Positions 33,096 through 45,473 of a DNA stretch of 64,000 bases are shown in pieces. The position numbers and the translations under genes are program-made. How positions within the stretch are numbered: position 1 is the first letter of the stretch; every line of letters starts with the position of its first letter. The stretch spans positions 160,001 to 224,000 of the forward strand of contig CAWFJP010000018.1 in assembly GCA_963816145.1 (NCBI GenBank). The letters run 5' to 3'. The notes beneath the pieces are model-generated. The model saw only the letters and a program-made list of their open reading frames with translations. It did no database searches and had not been told where the DNA came from. The DNA comes from an uncultured delta proteobacterium (lineage in GTDB: Bacteria > Desulfobacterota > Binatia > UBA9968).

Positions 33096-33950
33096 TCAGA
33101 CTCCGAGTTCGTCTTCTTTCTTGCCGGCAACGGGAACGAATAGCGATTCGCCGAACTTGTCGACACCGAACCCTTGAATGATTTTTTGCGTGGTTGGCGA
33201 AACCATGAAATCGGCAAAGGCCTTGCCGCCGGCAACATTGATGCGCGGACCGTTGGCGGGATTCACTTCGAGAACCGAATAGATATTCAATAGCGCACGA
33301 TCGCCTTGGACGAGAATCGGCAAACCGAGGTTCTTGCTCAGCGCCAGGTAAGTGGCCCGGTCGGTGAGCACATACCCATTGCGTTCCCTGGCGATGCCCA
33401 GCGTCGCGCCCATGCCCTGTCCCGATTCGATGTACCAAGGAGCTATTGGCGTTACTTTGGCAAGCTTCCACAAACCAAGTTCCATGTTATGCGTTCCGGA
33501 TTTGTCGCCCCGTGAGACAAAAGTCGTTTTCGCCTGCGCGATCGCCTGCAATGCGGTGGCTGCCGATTTCATGGCGCGAACTTTCGCCGGGTCTTCCTTG
33601 GGCCCGACAATGATGAAGTCGTTATACATCACCAGGCGCCGGTTGAGCAGTTTGCCCTTGGCGACAGATGCTTGCTCCAAACTCGGCGCATGGGCCAAAA
33701 CGACATCGGCATCGCCGCGCTCGGCCAAGGCCAACGCCTGCCCGGTGCCCACAGCGATCGTCTTGACTGAATAGCTGCTCTGCTGCTCAAAAAGCGGAAT
33801 CAGGACATCGAGCAACCCTGAGTCTTGGGTGCTGGTGGTGGTCGAAAGAATAATACTGCGGGACTGCGCCCAACCCGCGCCAGAGCACCATAGAAGCGCG
33901 AGGAAAACCATCGCAAAGAATGGTAATTTCAGTTTCGTTCGATTCATCAT
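33096..33950 (-). CDS. tupA: Tungstate-binding periplasmic protein
   Basis: TTTSTQDSGLL (TupA TTTS signature), AVGTGQAL, MYNDF and SRGDKSGTH motifs. Confidence 0.93.
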   Translation of the reverse strand: MMNRTKLKLPFFAMVFLALLWCSGAGWAQSRSIILSTTTSTQDSGLLDVLIPLFEQQSSYSVKTIAVGTGQALALAERGDADVVLAHAPSLEQASVAKGKLLNRRLVMYNDFIIVGPKEDPAKVRAMKSAATALQAIAQAKTTFVSRGDKSGTHNMELGLWKLAKVTPIAPWYIESGQGMGATLGIARERNGYVLTDRATYLALSKNLGLPILVQGDRALLNIYSVLEVNPANGPRINVAGGKAFADFMVSPTTQKIIQGFGVDKFGESLFVPVAGKKEDELGV

Positions 33951-33956
33951 TCCTCC

Positions 33957-34739
33957 CTAGACCAACTTGCGTTCGCCAAAGATCCAGCGTCGTCTCATGC
34001 GAGAACCGTAAGTCATTCCAAAGCGCCGTTTGGCCACGTCGGTGATTACCTGAACCGCTTCGTCGGCGGAGTCGGTGATGGTGATCCGTTCGAGGTCGAC
34101 GGCATCGATGGTCCGCGCTTTAACCAGTCTTTCGGACATAAACTCCATCAGCGGCGCCCAAAACTCCCTGCCCATGAGGACCAAGGGAAACTCGCGAATC
34201 TTCGCGGTTTGAATTAAGGTCGCGGTTTCAAAAATCTCGTCCATGGTGCCGAAACCGCCGGGCAAGGCGATGAACGCATAAGAATACTTCACTAACATCA
34301 CTTTGCGCACGAAGAAATAGCGAAATGTCACCCATTGGTCCAGGTAGGGGTTATGCTTTTGTTCTTGGGGCAGGACGATGTTGCAGCCGATGGAACGGCC
34401 GCCGACATCTTTGGCGCCGCGATTGGCCGCTTCCATGATGCCCGGGCCGCCGCCGGTCATCACGGTGAAACCCGCGCTCGCCAGACCCGCGCCCGCCTGG
34501 CGCGCCATACGGTAGTACGGATTGACTTCGGTAAAGCGCGCCGAGCCAAACACGGTCACGCAGGGCCCGGCAAAATGCAGCGCGCGAAAACCCCGGACAA
34601 ATTCGCAAAAGATTCGCGCCGCCCGCGCCAGTTCAGTAAAGCGCCGCTGCGGTCCCTCGAGAAAGCGCACCACCTCGGGCGCGCCCGGATCGATTCCCCA
34701 ACCATCGATCGAGACGATCTCGTTGTTCTCGTGCGGCAT
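33957..34739 (-). CDS. LOG family (TIGR00730) Rossmann-fold protein
   Basis: VFGSAR, TGGGPGIMEAANRGA and PGGFGTMDE motifs. Confidence 0.92.
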   Translation of the reverse strand: MPHENNEIVSIDGWGIDPGAPEVVRFLEGPQRRFTELARAARIFCEFVRGFRALHFAGPCVTVFGSARFTEVNPYYRMARQAGAGLASAGFTVMTGGGPGIMEAANRGAKDVGGRSIGCNIVLPQEQKHNPYLDQWVTFRYFFVRKVMLVKYSYAFIALPGGFGTMDEIFETATLIQTAKIREFPLVLMGREFWAPLMEFMSERLVKARTIDAVDLERITITDSADEAVQVITDVAKRRFGMTYGSRMRRRWIFGERKLV

Positions 34740-34799
34740 CGGATGACGACTCCTAGAGCGAAATGAATTGAGCTAACTGAAGGATTACCGCCAGGAGAG

Positions 34800-37796
<2,997 letters not shown>

Positions 37797-37814
37797 TCAC
37801 CTCCGCGCCGGAGT

Positions 37815-37843
37815 AAAAAAAAACCCAGACCTGGGCCTGGGTT
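37815..37843 (-). terminator. Intrinsic terminator inside the guaB 5' leader (attenuator candidate)
   Basis: AACCCAGGC-CCAG-GTCTGGGTT stem running into a 9-U tract about 21 nt upstream of the guaB ATG; no minus-strand gene immediately upstream. Confidence 0.75.
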
Positions 37844-37963
37844 GTGGGCGCGTACCGATTGTTTCAAAGCAAACATGAAATCTTATACCAAGAAATATTT
37901 TTCACGGCAAGAACACGCAAGATTGAGACAGGGCCCTCCATATGCTAGCTAATGACAACTATC

Positions 37964-38197
37964 ATGCCGCTTTACGAATATGAATGCACTAATGGCCATC
38001 GCTTCGAAGTGATTCAAAAGGTCTCCGCCAAACCGCTCAAAAAGTGCGACAGTTGCCGCGCCGGCGCCAAACGGACGGTGTCCCAAACCACCTTGCTGCA
38101 CAATCATGGCGTGCATGTGTTCGATCGCGTCACCGGTGACGATGTCCTGCGCGGCCGCCCGTCGTCCTTGAAATCCTTCAAAAAAGACAAGTTCTAA
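37964..38197 (+). CDS. FmdB family zinc-ribbon protein
   Basis: MPLYEYEC..GH.FEVIQK......KCDSC. Confidence 0.88.
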   Translation: MPLYEYECTNGHRFEVIQKVSAKPLKKCDSCRAGAKRTVSQTTLLHNHGVHVFDRVTGDDVLRGRPSSLKSFKKDKF

Positions 38198-38368
38198 AGC
38201 TTCATCCGGCGCTGGTACTCGTGACTCGTGTTCGTGCCGGAAGAGCACGACGCCGGCGTTGTCCAGCCTCGACCGGTTTCCCCGTTATCCATTATCAATT
38301 CTCAATTATCCATTCGGAAAAAATCCGTTTGTGCTTTCGGGGCGACCTCTGTTAGTTTTCCAGCGGCT

Positions 38369-39892
38369 ATGCTCGCCAAGGTCAACAGCGCCGCACTCTA
38401 CGGGATCGATGCTTTGCGCGTCGAAGTCGAGATCGATCTCGCTTCGGGCTTGCCGCAACTGGCAACCGTCGGCTTACCAGAAGGTGCGGTTAAGGAGAGC
38501 AAAGACCGGATTCGCGCCGCGGTAAAAAACTGCGGCTACACCTTTCCGGCCAAGCGCATCACCATCAACCTCGCTCCAGCCGACATCAAAAAAGAAGGCT
38601 CGGCCTACGACCTGCCGATGGCCATCGGAATACTTGCGGCCGAGGGAACCTTGGAGAAAAATCTCCTCGATGACTATTTTCTCATCGGCGAGCTTTCCCT
38701 CGACGGCTCGGTCAAACCGGTGCGCGGCGCGCTGTCGATCGCCATGGCTGCCAAAAAAGAAAACATTCGCGGCGTGATCTTACCCGAACAAAATGCTCCG
38801 GAGGCCGCGGTTGTCAGCGAAGTCGAAGTGTTGGGCGTGCGCGATCTGCCCCAGGTGGTGGAATTTTTGAACGGTACACGCGCCATCTCAGCCACCAGCG
38901 CGAATCTTGACGATCTGTTCAGCCAGCACTCGCAGTACACCGCCGACTTCAACGACGTCAAAGGCCAGCAGCATGTCAAACGCGCCCTCGAAGTTGCCGC
39001 CGCTGGCGGCCATAACGTCGTCCTCGTCGGCCCGCCTGGTTCGGGCAAAACCATGCTGGCCAAGCGACTGCCAACGATTCTCCCCGACCTGACCCTGGCC
39101 GAAGCCCTGGAGACCACCAAAATCCACAGCGTCATGGGCACGCTCGGCGGCCAAGCGATCATTGCTACCCGGCCTTTTCGCTCGCCCCATCACACCATCT
39201 CCGACGCCGGCCTCGTCGGTGGCGGCACCGTGCCCAAGCCGGGCGAAGTTTCGCTCGCCCACAACGGCGTATTGTTCCTCGACGAGCTGCCGGAATTCCG
39301 GCGCAATGTTCTAGAAGTCATGCGCCAGCCTTTGGAGGACGGCAACATCACGGTCTCCCGCGCCATGGGCTCGATCAACTACCCGGCAAGCTTCATGCTC
39401 GTCGCGGCGATGAACCCCTGCGTCTGCGGCTTTTTTACCGATCCGCAGAAAGAATGCACCTGCACGCCGCTGCAGATTCAACGCTACCGTTCGAAAGTTT
39501 CCGGGCCGCTGCTCGACCGTATCGACATCCAGGTTGAAGTGCCCGGCTTGCGCTACCAGGAGCTCGCCAGCAAAGATGCCGGCGAGTCGTCGAATATCAT
39601 ACGCCAGCGCGTCAACGACGCGCGCAAGATCCAACTGCAGCGTTTCGAGAAGACCAAGCTTCACGCCAACGCCCAGATGGGCGCCAAAGAAATTAAACGG
39701 TATTGTGCCGTGAAAGAAGACGCCGAGAAGTTGCTCGAGACGGCGATCAACAAGCTCGGCTTGAGCGCGCGTGCCTATAGCCGTGTCCTAAAAGTGGGAA
39801 GGACAATCGCGGACTTAGCCGGCGCGGATCATATCGAATCGTCGCATATCGCTGAAGCGATCCAATACCGCAGTTTGGATCGAAGCATGTAG
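38369..39892 (+). CDS. comM: ComM/YifB Mg-chelatase-like AAA+ ATPase
   Basis: VGLPEGAVKESKDR, INLAPAD, GPPGSGKTM, RPFRSPHHT, LDELPEF, AMNPC.CG and LSARAY motifs. Confidence 0.95.
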   Translation: MLAKVNSAALYGIDALRVEVEIDLASGLPQLATVGLPEGAVKESKDRIRAAVKNCGYTFPAKRITINLAPADIKKEGSAYDLPMAIGILAAEGTLEKNLLDDYFLIGELSLDGSVKPVRGALSIAMAAKKENIRGVILPEQNAPEAAVVSEVEVLGVRDLPQVVEFLNGTRAISATSANLDDLFSQHSQYTADFNDVKGQQHVKRALEVAAAGGHNVVLVGPPGSGKTMLAKRLPTILPDLTLAEALETTKIHSVMGTLGGQAIIATRPFRSPHHTISDAGLVGGGTVPKPGEVSLAHNGVLFLDELPEFRRNVLEVMRQPLEDGNITVSRAMGSINYPASFMLVAAMNPCVCGFFTDPQKECTCTPLQIQRYRSKVSGPLLDRIDIQVEVPGLRYQELASKDAGESSNIIRQRVNDARKIQLQRFEKTKLHANAQMGAKEIKRYCAVKEDAEKLLETAINKLGLSARAYSRVLKVGRTIADLAGADHIESSHIAEAIQYRSLDRSM

Positions 39893-40023
39893 GTTTACTT
39901 CGCGGTCGTTGCCGTTGTGGCGAGACTAGTTCGTGATCTGCGGTTTGCCGTTTCACTCCGCCGGTCCCGGATATTGCCGGGACCAAGCCCTCATTACTTC
40001 GGGATTGCGATACCGGTCGCTTT

Positions 40024-40224
40024 CTAAGAACGACCGGCGTTGGCATACCGGTTTGTTAGGGAAACCAGCCGTTGATGATGACTTGGCCGTTGGTCAAGTA
40101 TTTCAATCCTGAGGCCCATCCACCAAGCCTCGGAAGCACAGGCCGCGCATACCCGCAGATCGATGACATCGCTATAAGCGCGATAAACGGCCTTTACGGC
40201 TCTCAAACATCGTTGGCAGTTCAT
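40024..40224 (-). CDS. Small CxxC...CxxC protein
   Basis: MNCQRC...VCAAC; 66 aa. Confidence 0.55.
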   Translation of the reverse strand: MNCQRCLRAVKAVYRAYSDVIDLRVCAACASEAWWMGLRIEILDQRPSHHQRLVSLTNRYANAGRS

Positions 40225-40549
40225 TGATTCATCCCAATTCCCTGCGCTGAGACCGATACCCGTGCCCCGGGCATCGTCGCTAGCTAATTCACGCTCGCCG
40301 ATCACTCCCCACTGAAGTCCTTCGACATCCCTCAGACCAGAATGACGGGTCATTCATGTCCGTTCATGCCGACCGGCGCGACAGCAGCAATGGAAAACTC
40401 AATGCCGCGTTTCGCCGGCCAATGCCTTGGTGTATTTGCCGTGTCCTTTGCGGAGATACCGTAGCCGCCGCTGAAACCAGGTACCTTGGGGCCACTCCCA
40501 ATTCTGAACCGGCAATCGATTCTCATCATAGCCGGCGCCGGCCACTTTG

Positions 40550-41068
40550 CTAACCCGAAAGATCAATTCCCATGAATTCATTCCCGTGTCTCCTCTTCTT
40601 CGTTCCCATCGTAACTTGCCCATTCGCGTGAGTTTTTGCCCTAAATCTACCAGCCAACTTTTTGCCCTTCCAAGCAACACTCGAAGAATCTACGCGCGTT
40701 TGTTGATCCTTCCATTTCAGCAAACCGCAGCGCACATATTCAGGGTCGAAGCCGAGCGTTTCGCAGACGTTATTAAAACAAAACACCCCATCGCCGACCG
40801 GTTTAACGATCCACTCTTCGGCTTCGTCGCATAGCCGGCGATTTTTCTTGCGCCGAGAAAGCAAATTTTCTTGGTAGCAAGCGATCGCGTCGTTCAAAAC
40901 CGCGAACATCAGTCGCCTCTCCGCTTCGAGCAGAGTCTTTCTGCGCAAAGTGTCGAAATACTGGGCCGACAGTAGCGTGTCAGGTTGGAAATGCGCGCTG
41001 ACTCGATCGTCGCGTCCGACAGCAGTGCGATTTCCCGTGCCTGCTGAATAGGCGACCGTTCTTTCCAT
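40550..41068 (-). CDS. Hypothetical protein
   Basis: AAGGAAG RBS just after the trxA stop; helical ERRLMFAVLNDAI...FNNVCETLGFDPEYVR. Confidence 0.75.
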   Translation of the reverse strand: MERTVAYSAGTGNRTAVGRDDRVSAHFQPDTLLSAQYFDTLRRKTLLEAERRLMFAVLNDAIACYQENLLSRRKKNRRLCDEAEEWIVKPVGDGVFCFNNVCETLGFDPEYVRCGLLKWKDQQTRVDSSSVAWKGKKLAGRFRAKTHANGQVTMGTKKRRHGNEFMGIDLSG

Positions 41069-41080
41069 GGCTGCTTCCTT

Positions 41081-41419
41081 CTAATGGTTCTCAACAACCT
41101 GAGCATCTATGGCCCGTGCTATGACCTCTTTGGACGCCGCTCCGATCAGCCGTTGTTTTTCCGCACCATCGCGAAACAAGATCAGCGTCGGTATCGCCTT
41201 GACGCCATAGCGCTCGACGACCCCCGGATTGTCATCGACGTTGAGTTTCTTGATCCGCGCGGTGCCGGCGTACTGTTCAGCAAGCGCATCGACAATCGGC
41301 GCCAGCGAGCGGCAAGGTCCGCACCATTGCGCCCAAAAATCCACTAGAACCGGCTGAGTTTTATCCAGCACCGCATCGACAAAATTTATATCGTTCACGT
41401 TTTCGATCAATTCACTCAT
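41081..41419 (-). CDS. trxA: Thioredoxin
   Basis: VLVDFWAQWCGPCR; IPTLILF. Confidence 0.95.
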   Translation of the reverse strand: MSELIENVNDINFVDAVLDKTQPVLVDFWAQWCGPCRSLAPIVDALAEQYAGTARIKKLNVDDNPGVVERYGVKAIPTLILFRDGAEKQRLIGAASKEVIARAIDAQVVENH

Positions 41420-41690
41420 GGTTTTCCCCTCCGCTGATCGCTTCGACAATTGCTTTTGTCATACACCCTTCTGCCGTGAGCACCGCTCCGCCTCGATGCA
41501 TTTCTTTCAAAAGTTGCTTCCCGCCACCATCAATGAACGTCACCTGCTTCAATATCACCTTGATCCGGCGACCGGCGCCGGTTGTGCTTTGCCAACACAG
41601 GCGCAGTTCCTGAACCCAGGGACCAGTAAGCCGCCCCTCGAGCTCAAGGATGATCTGGTTATCGTCATGGTTGGTGGTGATCTTGAGCAT
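41412..41690 (-). CDS. STAS-like small protein
   Basis: LKIT...LEGRLTGPWVQEL...LKQVTFIDGGGKQLL; resembles 61511-61777. Confidence 0.7.
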   Translation of the reverse strand: MLKITTNHDDNQIILELEGRLTGPWVQELRLCWQSTTGAGRRIKVILKQVTFIDGGGKQLLKEMHRGGAVLTAEGCMTKAIVEAISGGENHE

Positions 41691-41707
41691 GGCTGGAACG
41701 GCAACCT

Positions 41708-42121
41708 TTATATCACCGCTCCGTTCACGACTGCGACGAACACCCCCTCGATCTCCTGTCCGCCATCGAGCAGCGCACGGTCAACCAGCAACCTTTCGAT
41801 TCCAAATGAATCGAACCACGACACCATGACAACCACACCTTCGCGGTTTAACACCTCGAGATAATCCGCCGGCCGCTCCGTGCTTGGATCGTCGTAAATC
41901 GCGATTGCACCAGCCGTCTGTCCATTCGCAATCACCGGCGACAACGATACCAAAGTCAACGGCGTTTGGAGCAATCCGACCGATAAACTTGCGAATTTCG
42001 CTTGTGACCCAATCTCAGCGCCTTGCACGCTGCCTACGGCGATGGCAACGAGCAATATCGCGACACCGGCAAGCCGTGAGACATTCGGTGCTTTGAAATA
42101 ATCGATATCGGGGAATGACAT
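41708..42121 (-). CDS. Hypothetical secreted protein
   Basis: AAAGGAG RBS; N-terminal hydrophobic signal-like segment. Confidence 0.65.
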   Translation of the reverse strand: MSFPDIDYFKAPNVSRLAGVAILLVAIAVGSVQGAEIGSQAKFASLSVGLLQTPLTLVSLSPVIANGQTAGAIAIYDDPSTERPADYLEVLNREGVVVMVSWFDSFGIERLLVDRALLDGGQEIEGVFVAVVNGAVI

Positions 42122-42148
42122 TGTCGCTCCTTTCACCCTAACCATGCA

Positions 42149-42313
42149 TCAGTTCCAGATGACCTGCCGATGCAGCACAACCCGCTGACCCGCCTCGTCG
42201 ATCTCAATGTCGGGCTCGCACCAACAAGCGCGGGAATCGATATGAATGAGGCCAACGGGCATGGGCGCGGTCGATGTTGGTCGAGCGATCCATTTTCTAT
42301 CGAGCTGAATCAT
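42149..42313 (-). CDS. Small protein with H-x5-CWCEP...H motif (54 aa)
   Basis: GAGGAG RBS; LIHIDSRACWCEP...VLH. Confidence 0.6.
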   Translation of the reverse strand: MIQLDRKWIARPTSTAPMPVGLIHIDSRACWCEPDIEIDEAGQRVVLHRQVIWN

Positions 42314-42345
42314 ATTGGACTCCTCTAATCCCTGGGCGTCACCAT

Positions 42346-42510
42346 CTATCGATCCGAACGAAGGAACCTGACCGCCGACTTGATTCGACGGATCGACCAC
42401 TCGATCGCGGTCGCCGCGAGCGCTGGTTCGAATCCTTGGGTAAGTACGCGAACAAATAAATTCGTCCCACCCAGGATTAGCAATGCCATCAACAGACTTT
42501 CGATCTTCAT
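42346..42510 (-). CDS. Small hydrophobic protein (54 aa)
   Basis: MKIESLLMALLILGGTNLFVRVL...RRIKSAVRFLRSDR; first ORF after a consensus sigma54 promoter. Confidence 0.45.
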   Translation of the reverse strand: MKIESLLMALLILGGTNLFVRVLTQGFEPALAATAIEWSIRRIKSAVRFLRSDR

Positions 42511-42550
42511 AAACTCAACCGCCTTTCGCTGCTCTGCTGTCGCTAACATC

Positions 42551-42696
42551 GGCAAGTCCCGTGCCACCAGGAAAAAGTTGGCGACGGATGGGTAAGAGAT
42601 CGGAACTACGAGAGTTACTTGCGGCGCGCGTTTTCGATTGGCTACTGGTGCCGAGACATAGGTGACGAACTGTCGGCACGCGCCGAAATGGTGGCT
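42551..42696 (-). promoter_or_regulatory. sigma54 promoter plus tandem enhancer boxes
   Basis: TGGCACGGGACTTGCC at 42551-42566 matches consensus; boxes TGACGAACTGTCGGCA-cg-CGCCGAAATGGTGGCT at 42663-42696. Confidence 0.8.
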
Positions 42697-43179
42697 TAAT
42701 CGGTGCAGGCAATCGGCGACCTGTGGCTCAAGCCGCGCCGATCACAGAAGAGTCGCAACGGTTTTAAGCCAGGCAATTCAGATCGACTTGGAGACGCTTT
42801 TCCTTAGGGGTCACCAACCCTAGTCCGCATCAGATTCACTGAACTAGAGACAGATACGAAATGAGACGTATCCGGCCGGGCATTATCAATCTGCAATTCT
42901 CTGAGGCGATTTTTACGGACAAGATCGTTGACGCCGGGGAGTTCGGCCCAGGTTTCCAGGTGGAAAGTTTCGACATCGCGCCTCCGGCCAGCGAGATCAG
43001 AATAACGCCCGCGCTCTCGCAAACGCCGGCGCTTCGCCTGCGTCGCGAAGTTGACGGATGCCAGGAGCGTTATCCAGTCAGCGCCGCCGGCAAGCGAAAC
43101 GACAGCCAACTTCGGACAATGGTCGAGAGTTTCAACGGATCCCTCGGCAGATAGTCGATTAGGGTCAAGATCTGTTAGC

Positions 43180-43629
43180 CTAGGGCGCACCCGGCGAATT
43201 GCAATTTGCCGGGTGGCAATGATTGACCAGCTGTAATAGGCGGTCGGCATCATGAGTGACTGCCGTCACGATCTTCCAGTCACCGTCGACTTTGCGGAAT
43301 GTGTAGGTTTCGCCCATCCGTTCAAGCTCGTGCCCATTTTGTCGATAGCGAATCCTTCGCGCGCTCACCACAGCGATGTTATCGCTCATCTGATTTACAT
43401 GAACGTCCGTTAGCTCGCTCCGAAGAAAACCACGGGACTTCAGGCTTTCCATCAGCCGGCCGATGACTACCGCTAGGGCTTTTGCATCCCCCATCGAATA
43501 AACGCCTTGCGCGGAAATAAATAAACACGGCACGTCGCAATAAGGAATGACGTTTAACGGACGCAGCGTCTGAAACGAATCGACGTAGTTTTGAAATATT
43601 TGGGCAACTGTCTTTTCGTCTTGCGTCAT
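43180..43629 (-). CDS. NTF2/SnoaL-like fold protein
   Basis: AGGAGG RBS; ...ETYTFRKVDGDWKIV C-terminal strand pattern. Confidence 0.75.
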   Translation of the reverse strand: MTQDEKTVAQIFQNYVDSFQTLRPLNVIPYCDVPCLFISAQGVYSMGDAKALAVVIGRLMESLKSRGFLRSELTDVHVNQMSDNIAVVSARRIRYRQNGHELERMGETYTFRKVDGDWKIVTAVTHDADRLLQLVNHCHPANCNSPGAP

Positions 43630-43663
43630 AGCACCCCTCCTGCCCGCTGCGCGATCGTCAAAG

Positions 43664-44125
43664 CTACCTGGGCGATGCCGGTTGATAAGTGCCAGGCTCC
43701 TGGCGAAAACTAATGGTGATGCGATTCCAGGCATTGATCGTTACCACCGCGATGGTGAGATCCACCACTTCTTGCTCGCTGAACTGCCGGCGTGTCCGCT
43801 CGTAAAACTCGTCGGAAACGCGATTGTCGGCGATCAAGGTCAGCTCTTCCGTCCAAGCAAGCGCTGCGCGCTCGCGATCAGAATAATACGGAGCTTCGCG
43901 CCAGGCCGACAGACCGTAGAGACGTTGCTCGCTCTCACCCTTCGCGCGCGCGTCTTTCCAATGCATATCGATGCAATAGGCGCAGCCGTTGATCTGCGAG
44001 GCCCGCACCTTGATCAAATTCCGCAGCGACTGTTCGATCGCGCATTCGGCAAGATACTTTTCCAACCCAAACATCGCCTGGAGCGCACCCGGCGCAACTT
44101 TTGTGTGATCGATTCGGGATGACAT
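43664..44125 (-). CDS. AhpD-like carboxymuconolactone decarboxylase family protein
   Basis: RASQINGCAYCIDMH, RERAALAWTE and INAWNR motifs. Confidence 0.92.
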   Translation of the reverse strand: MSSRIDHTKVAPGALQAMFGLEKYLAECAIEQSLRNLIKVRASQINGCAYCIDMHWKDARAKGESEQRLYGLSAWREAPYYSDRERAALAWTEELTLIADNRVSDEFYERTRRQFSEQEVVDLTIAVVTINAWNRITISFRQEPGTYQPASPR

Positions 44126-44301
44126 ACCGTTTCTCCTTTCAGTGCACGTCAAATCACCTTTCGCATGGTCAGGAAAAATTACGCGGTTTCGAATCAGACA
44201 CTCGGCCGGATCGCCTATTTTAAATTCGCTCAAACTGGGCAGATGCATAAACTCCGCCCACGCTGTCAATCCGACCGGCGGCCAATAATCATTGAGCGCG
44301 T

Positions 44302-44472
44302 TTATTCGCAAGTCGTTACGTTGAGCAGATCTTTCGCTTCCGTGCAGCTAAGCCCATACTCCTGTCTCAGTATGACTGCCGCGTCTTGGAGGCGATTCTC
44401 ACGCAGAGCTTGTCGCGCCTTGGCGGAAATACTTTCTCCGGCAAGCAGCATCGGCACCAACGAAAATTCCAT
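44302..44472 (-). CDS. Small hypothetical protein (56 aa)
   Basis: AAAGGAG RBS; MEFSLVPMLLAGESISAKARQALRENRLQDAAVILRQEYGLSCTEAKDLLNVTTCE. Confidence 0.6.
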   Translation of the reverse strand: MEFSLVPMLLAGESISAKARQALRENRLQDAAVILRQEYGLSCTEAKDLLNVTTCE

Positions 44473-44522
44473 ATGGATGCTCCTTTCGACCTATCCGATT
44501 GTTTTTCAAGTCTGCGGCGCCC

Positions 44523-45249
44523 TTACACAATGCCACCGCCGGCCTGTAAATTTTGCCCGGTTACCCAACGCGAAGCGTCACTGGCGAGAAAGGCGGAGAC
44601 ATCCGCGACGTCTTGCGGCGTGCCGACGCGATTGAAAGGCGACAGGCTCGCGCCGTAAGCGCGGTATTCGTGAGGCAGCATGTCGGTGTCGGTAAATCCC
44701 GGCGAGAGGATGTTTACCGTCACGTTGCGCGGACCGAGCTCGAGCGACAAGGATCGGGCGAATTGCTCGATCGCTCCTTTACTGCCGAGATAGAGTGCCA
44801 TGTTGGCAAAATGCATTTTTGTGCCGCCGCTTGAAACGACGACAATCCGCCCGCCCTCGCGCACCCGGCGAGCGGCTTCCTGCAATGTGAAGAACACCCC
44901 TTTTGTATTAATGTCGAAAATATAGTCGTAATCGGTCTCGGTGTTTTCGACCAGCGGTTTCGAGATATGGACACCGGCGTTGGCGACAACGATATCGAAA
45001 CCTCCCAGCGCTTGTTCGGACTCGCTGAACAAGCGCCGTATCTCGGCGGGCTTTGAAACGTCGGCCTGAATCGCAATGGCCCCCCTTTGCTATGATAGCG
45101 TTCACCACTTCCTCGGCGTGCCGTTTATCGCGCGCGTAATTGATCGCGACAGCGGCACCGTCGGCAGCAAGCCGCTGGACGATGGCTCGGCCGATCCCAC
45201 GCGAGCCGCCGGTGACCAGTGCAGTTCTTCCTTCAAGTGTAGACGCCAT
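44523..45249 (-). pseudogene. SDR oxidoreductase, frameshifted at a G run near 45080-45085 (sequencing error or pseudogene)
   Basis: TGGSRGIG in 44908-45249; ANAG, YLGSK and PGFTDT in 44523-45032. Confidence 0.8.
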
Positions 45250-45325
45250 AAACCCTCCTGGTTAAAGATCTCTGGCTAACCGCTATAAACAGATCAGCGC
45301 AAAGTCAGCCATGGTTAACTTAAAG

Positions 45326-45473
45326 TACAAACCATATGCCAAAAAATTGCGCTTACGCTCATAAAGAAAAAACCTTGCCGGATCAACAGGCTAGCCGGCG
45401 ATCGTTGGCCGGAGTGGCGATAAGATGACGAGATCTATGCGCCGACTTTCCGGCGCGCGCCGAAATAGCGGCG
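45326..45473 (-). promoter_or_regulatory. sigma54-like promoter plus tandem enhancer boxes
   Basis: TGGCATATGGTTTGTA at 45326-45341 (-12 is GT rather than GC); boxes CGCCGACTTTCCGGCG-cg-CGCCGAAATAGCGGCG at 45440-45473. Confidence 0.65.

Noticed and set aside
38369-39960. comM as integration site for the downstream accessory region
   Set aside because: comM is a known hotspot, but it is intact here, and no integrase, recombinase or duplicated comM fragment is visible.
42804-43170. ORFs 42804-43253 (-) and 42861-43154 (+)
   Set aside because: No recognisable motif or RBS; probably remnant or non-coding.
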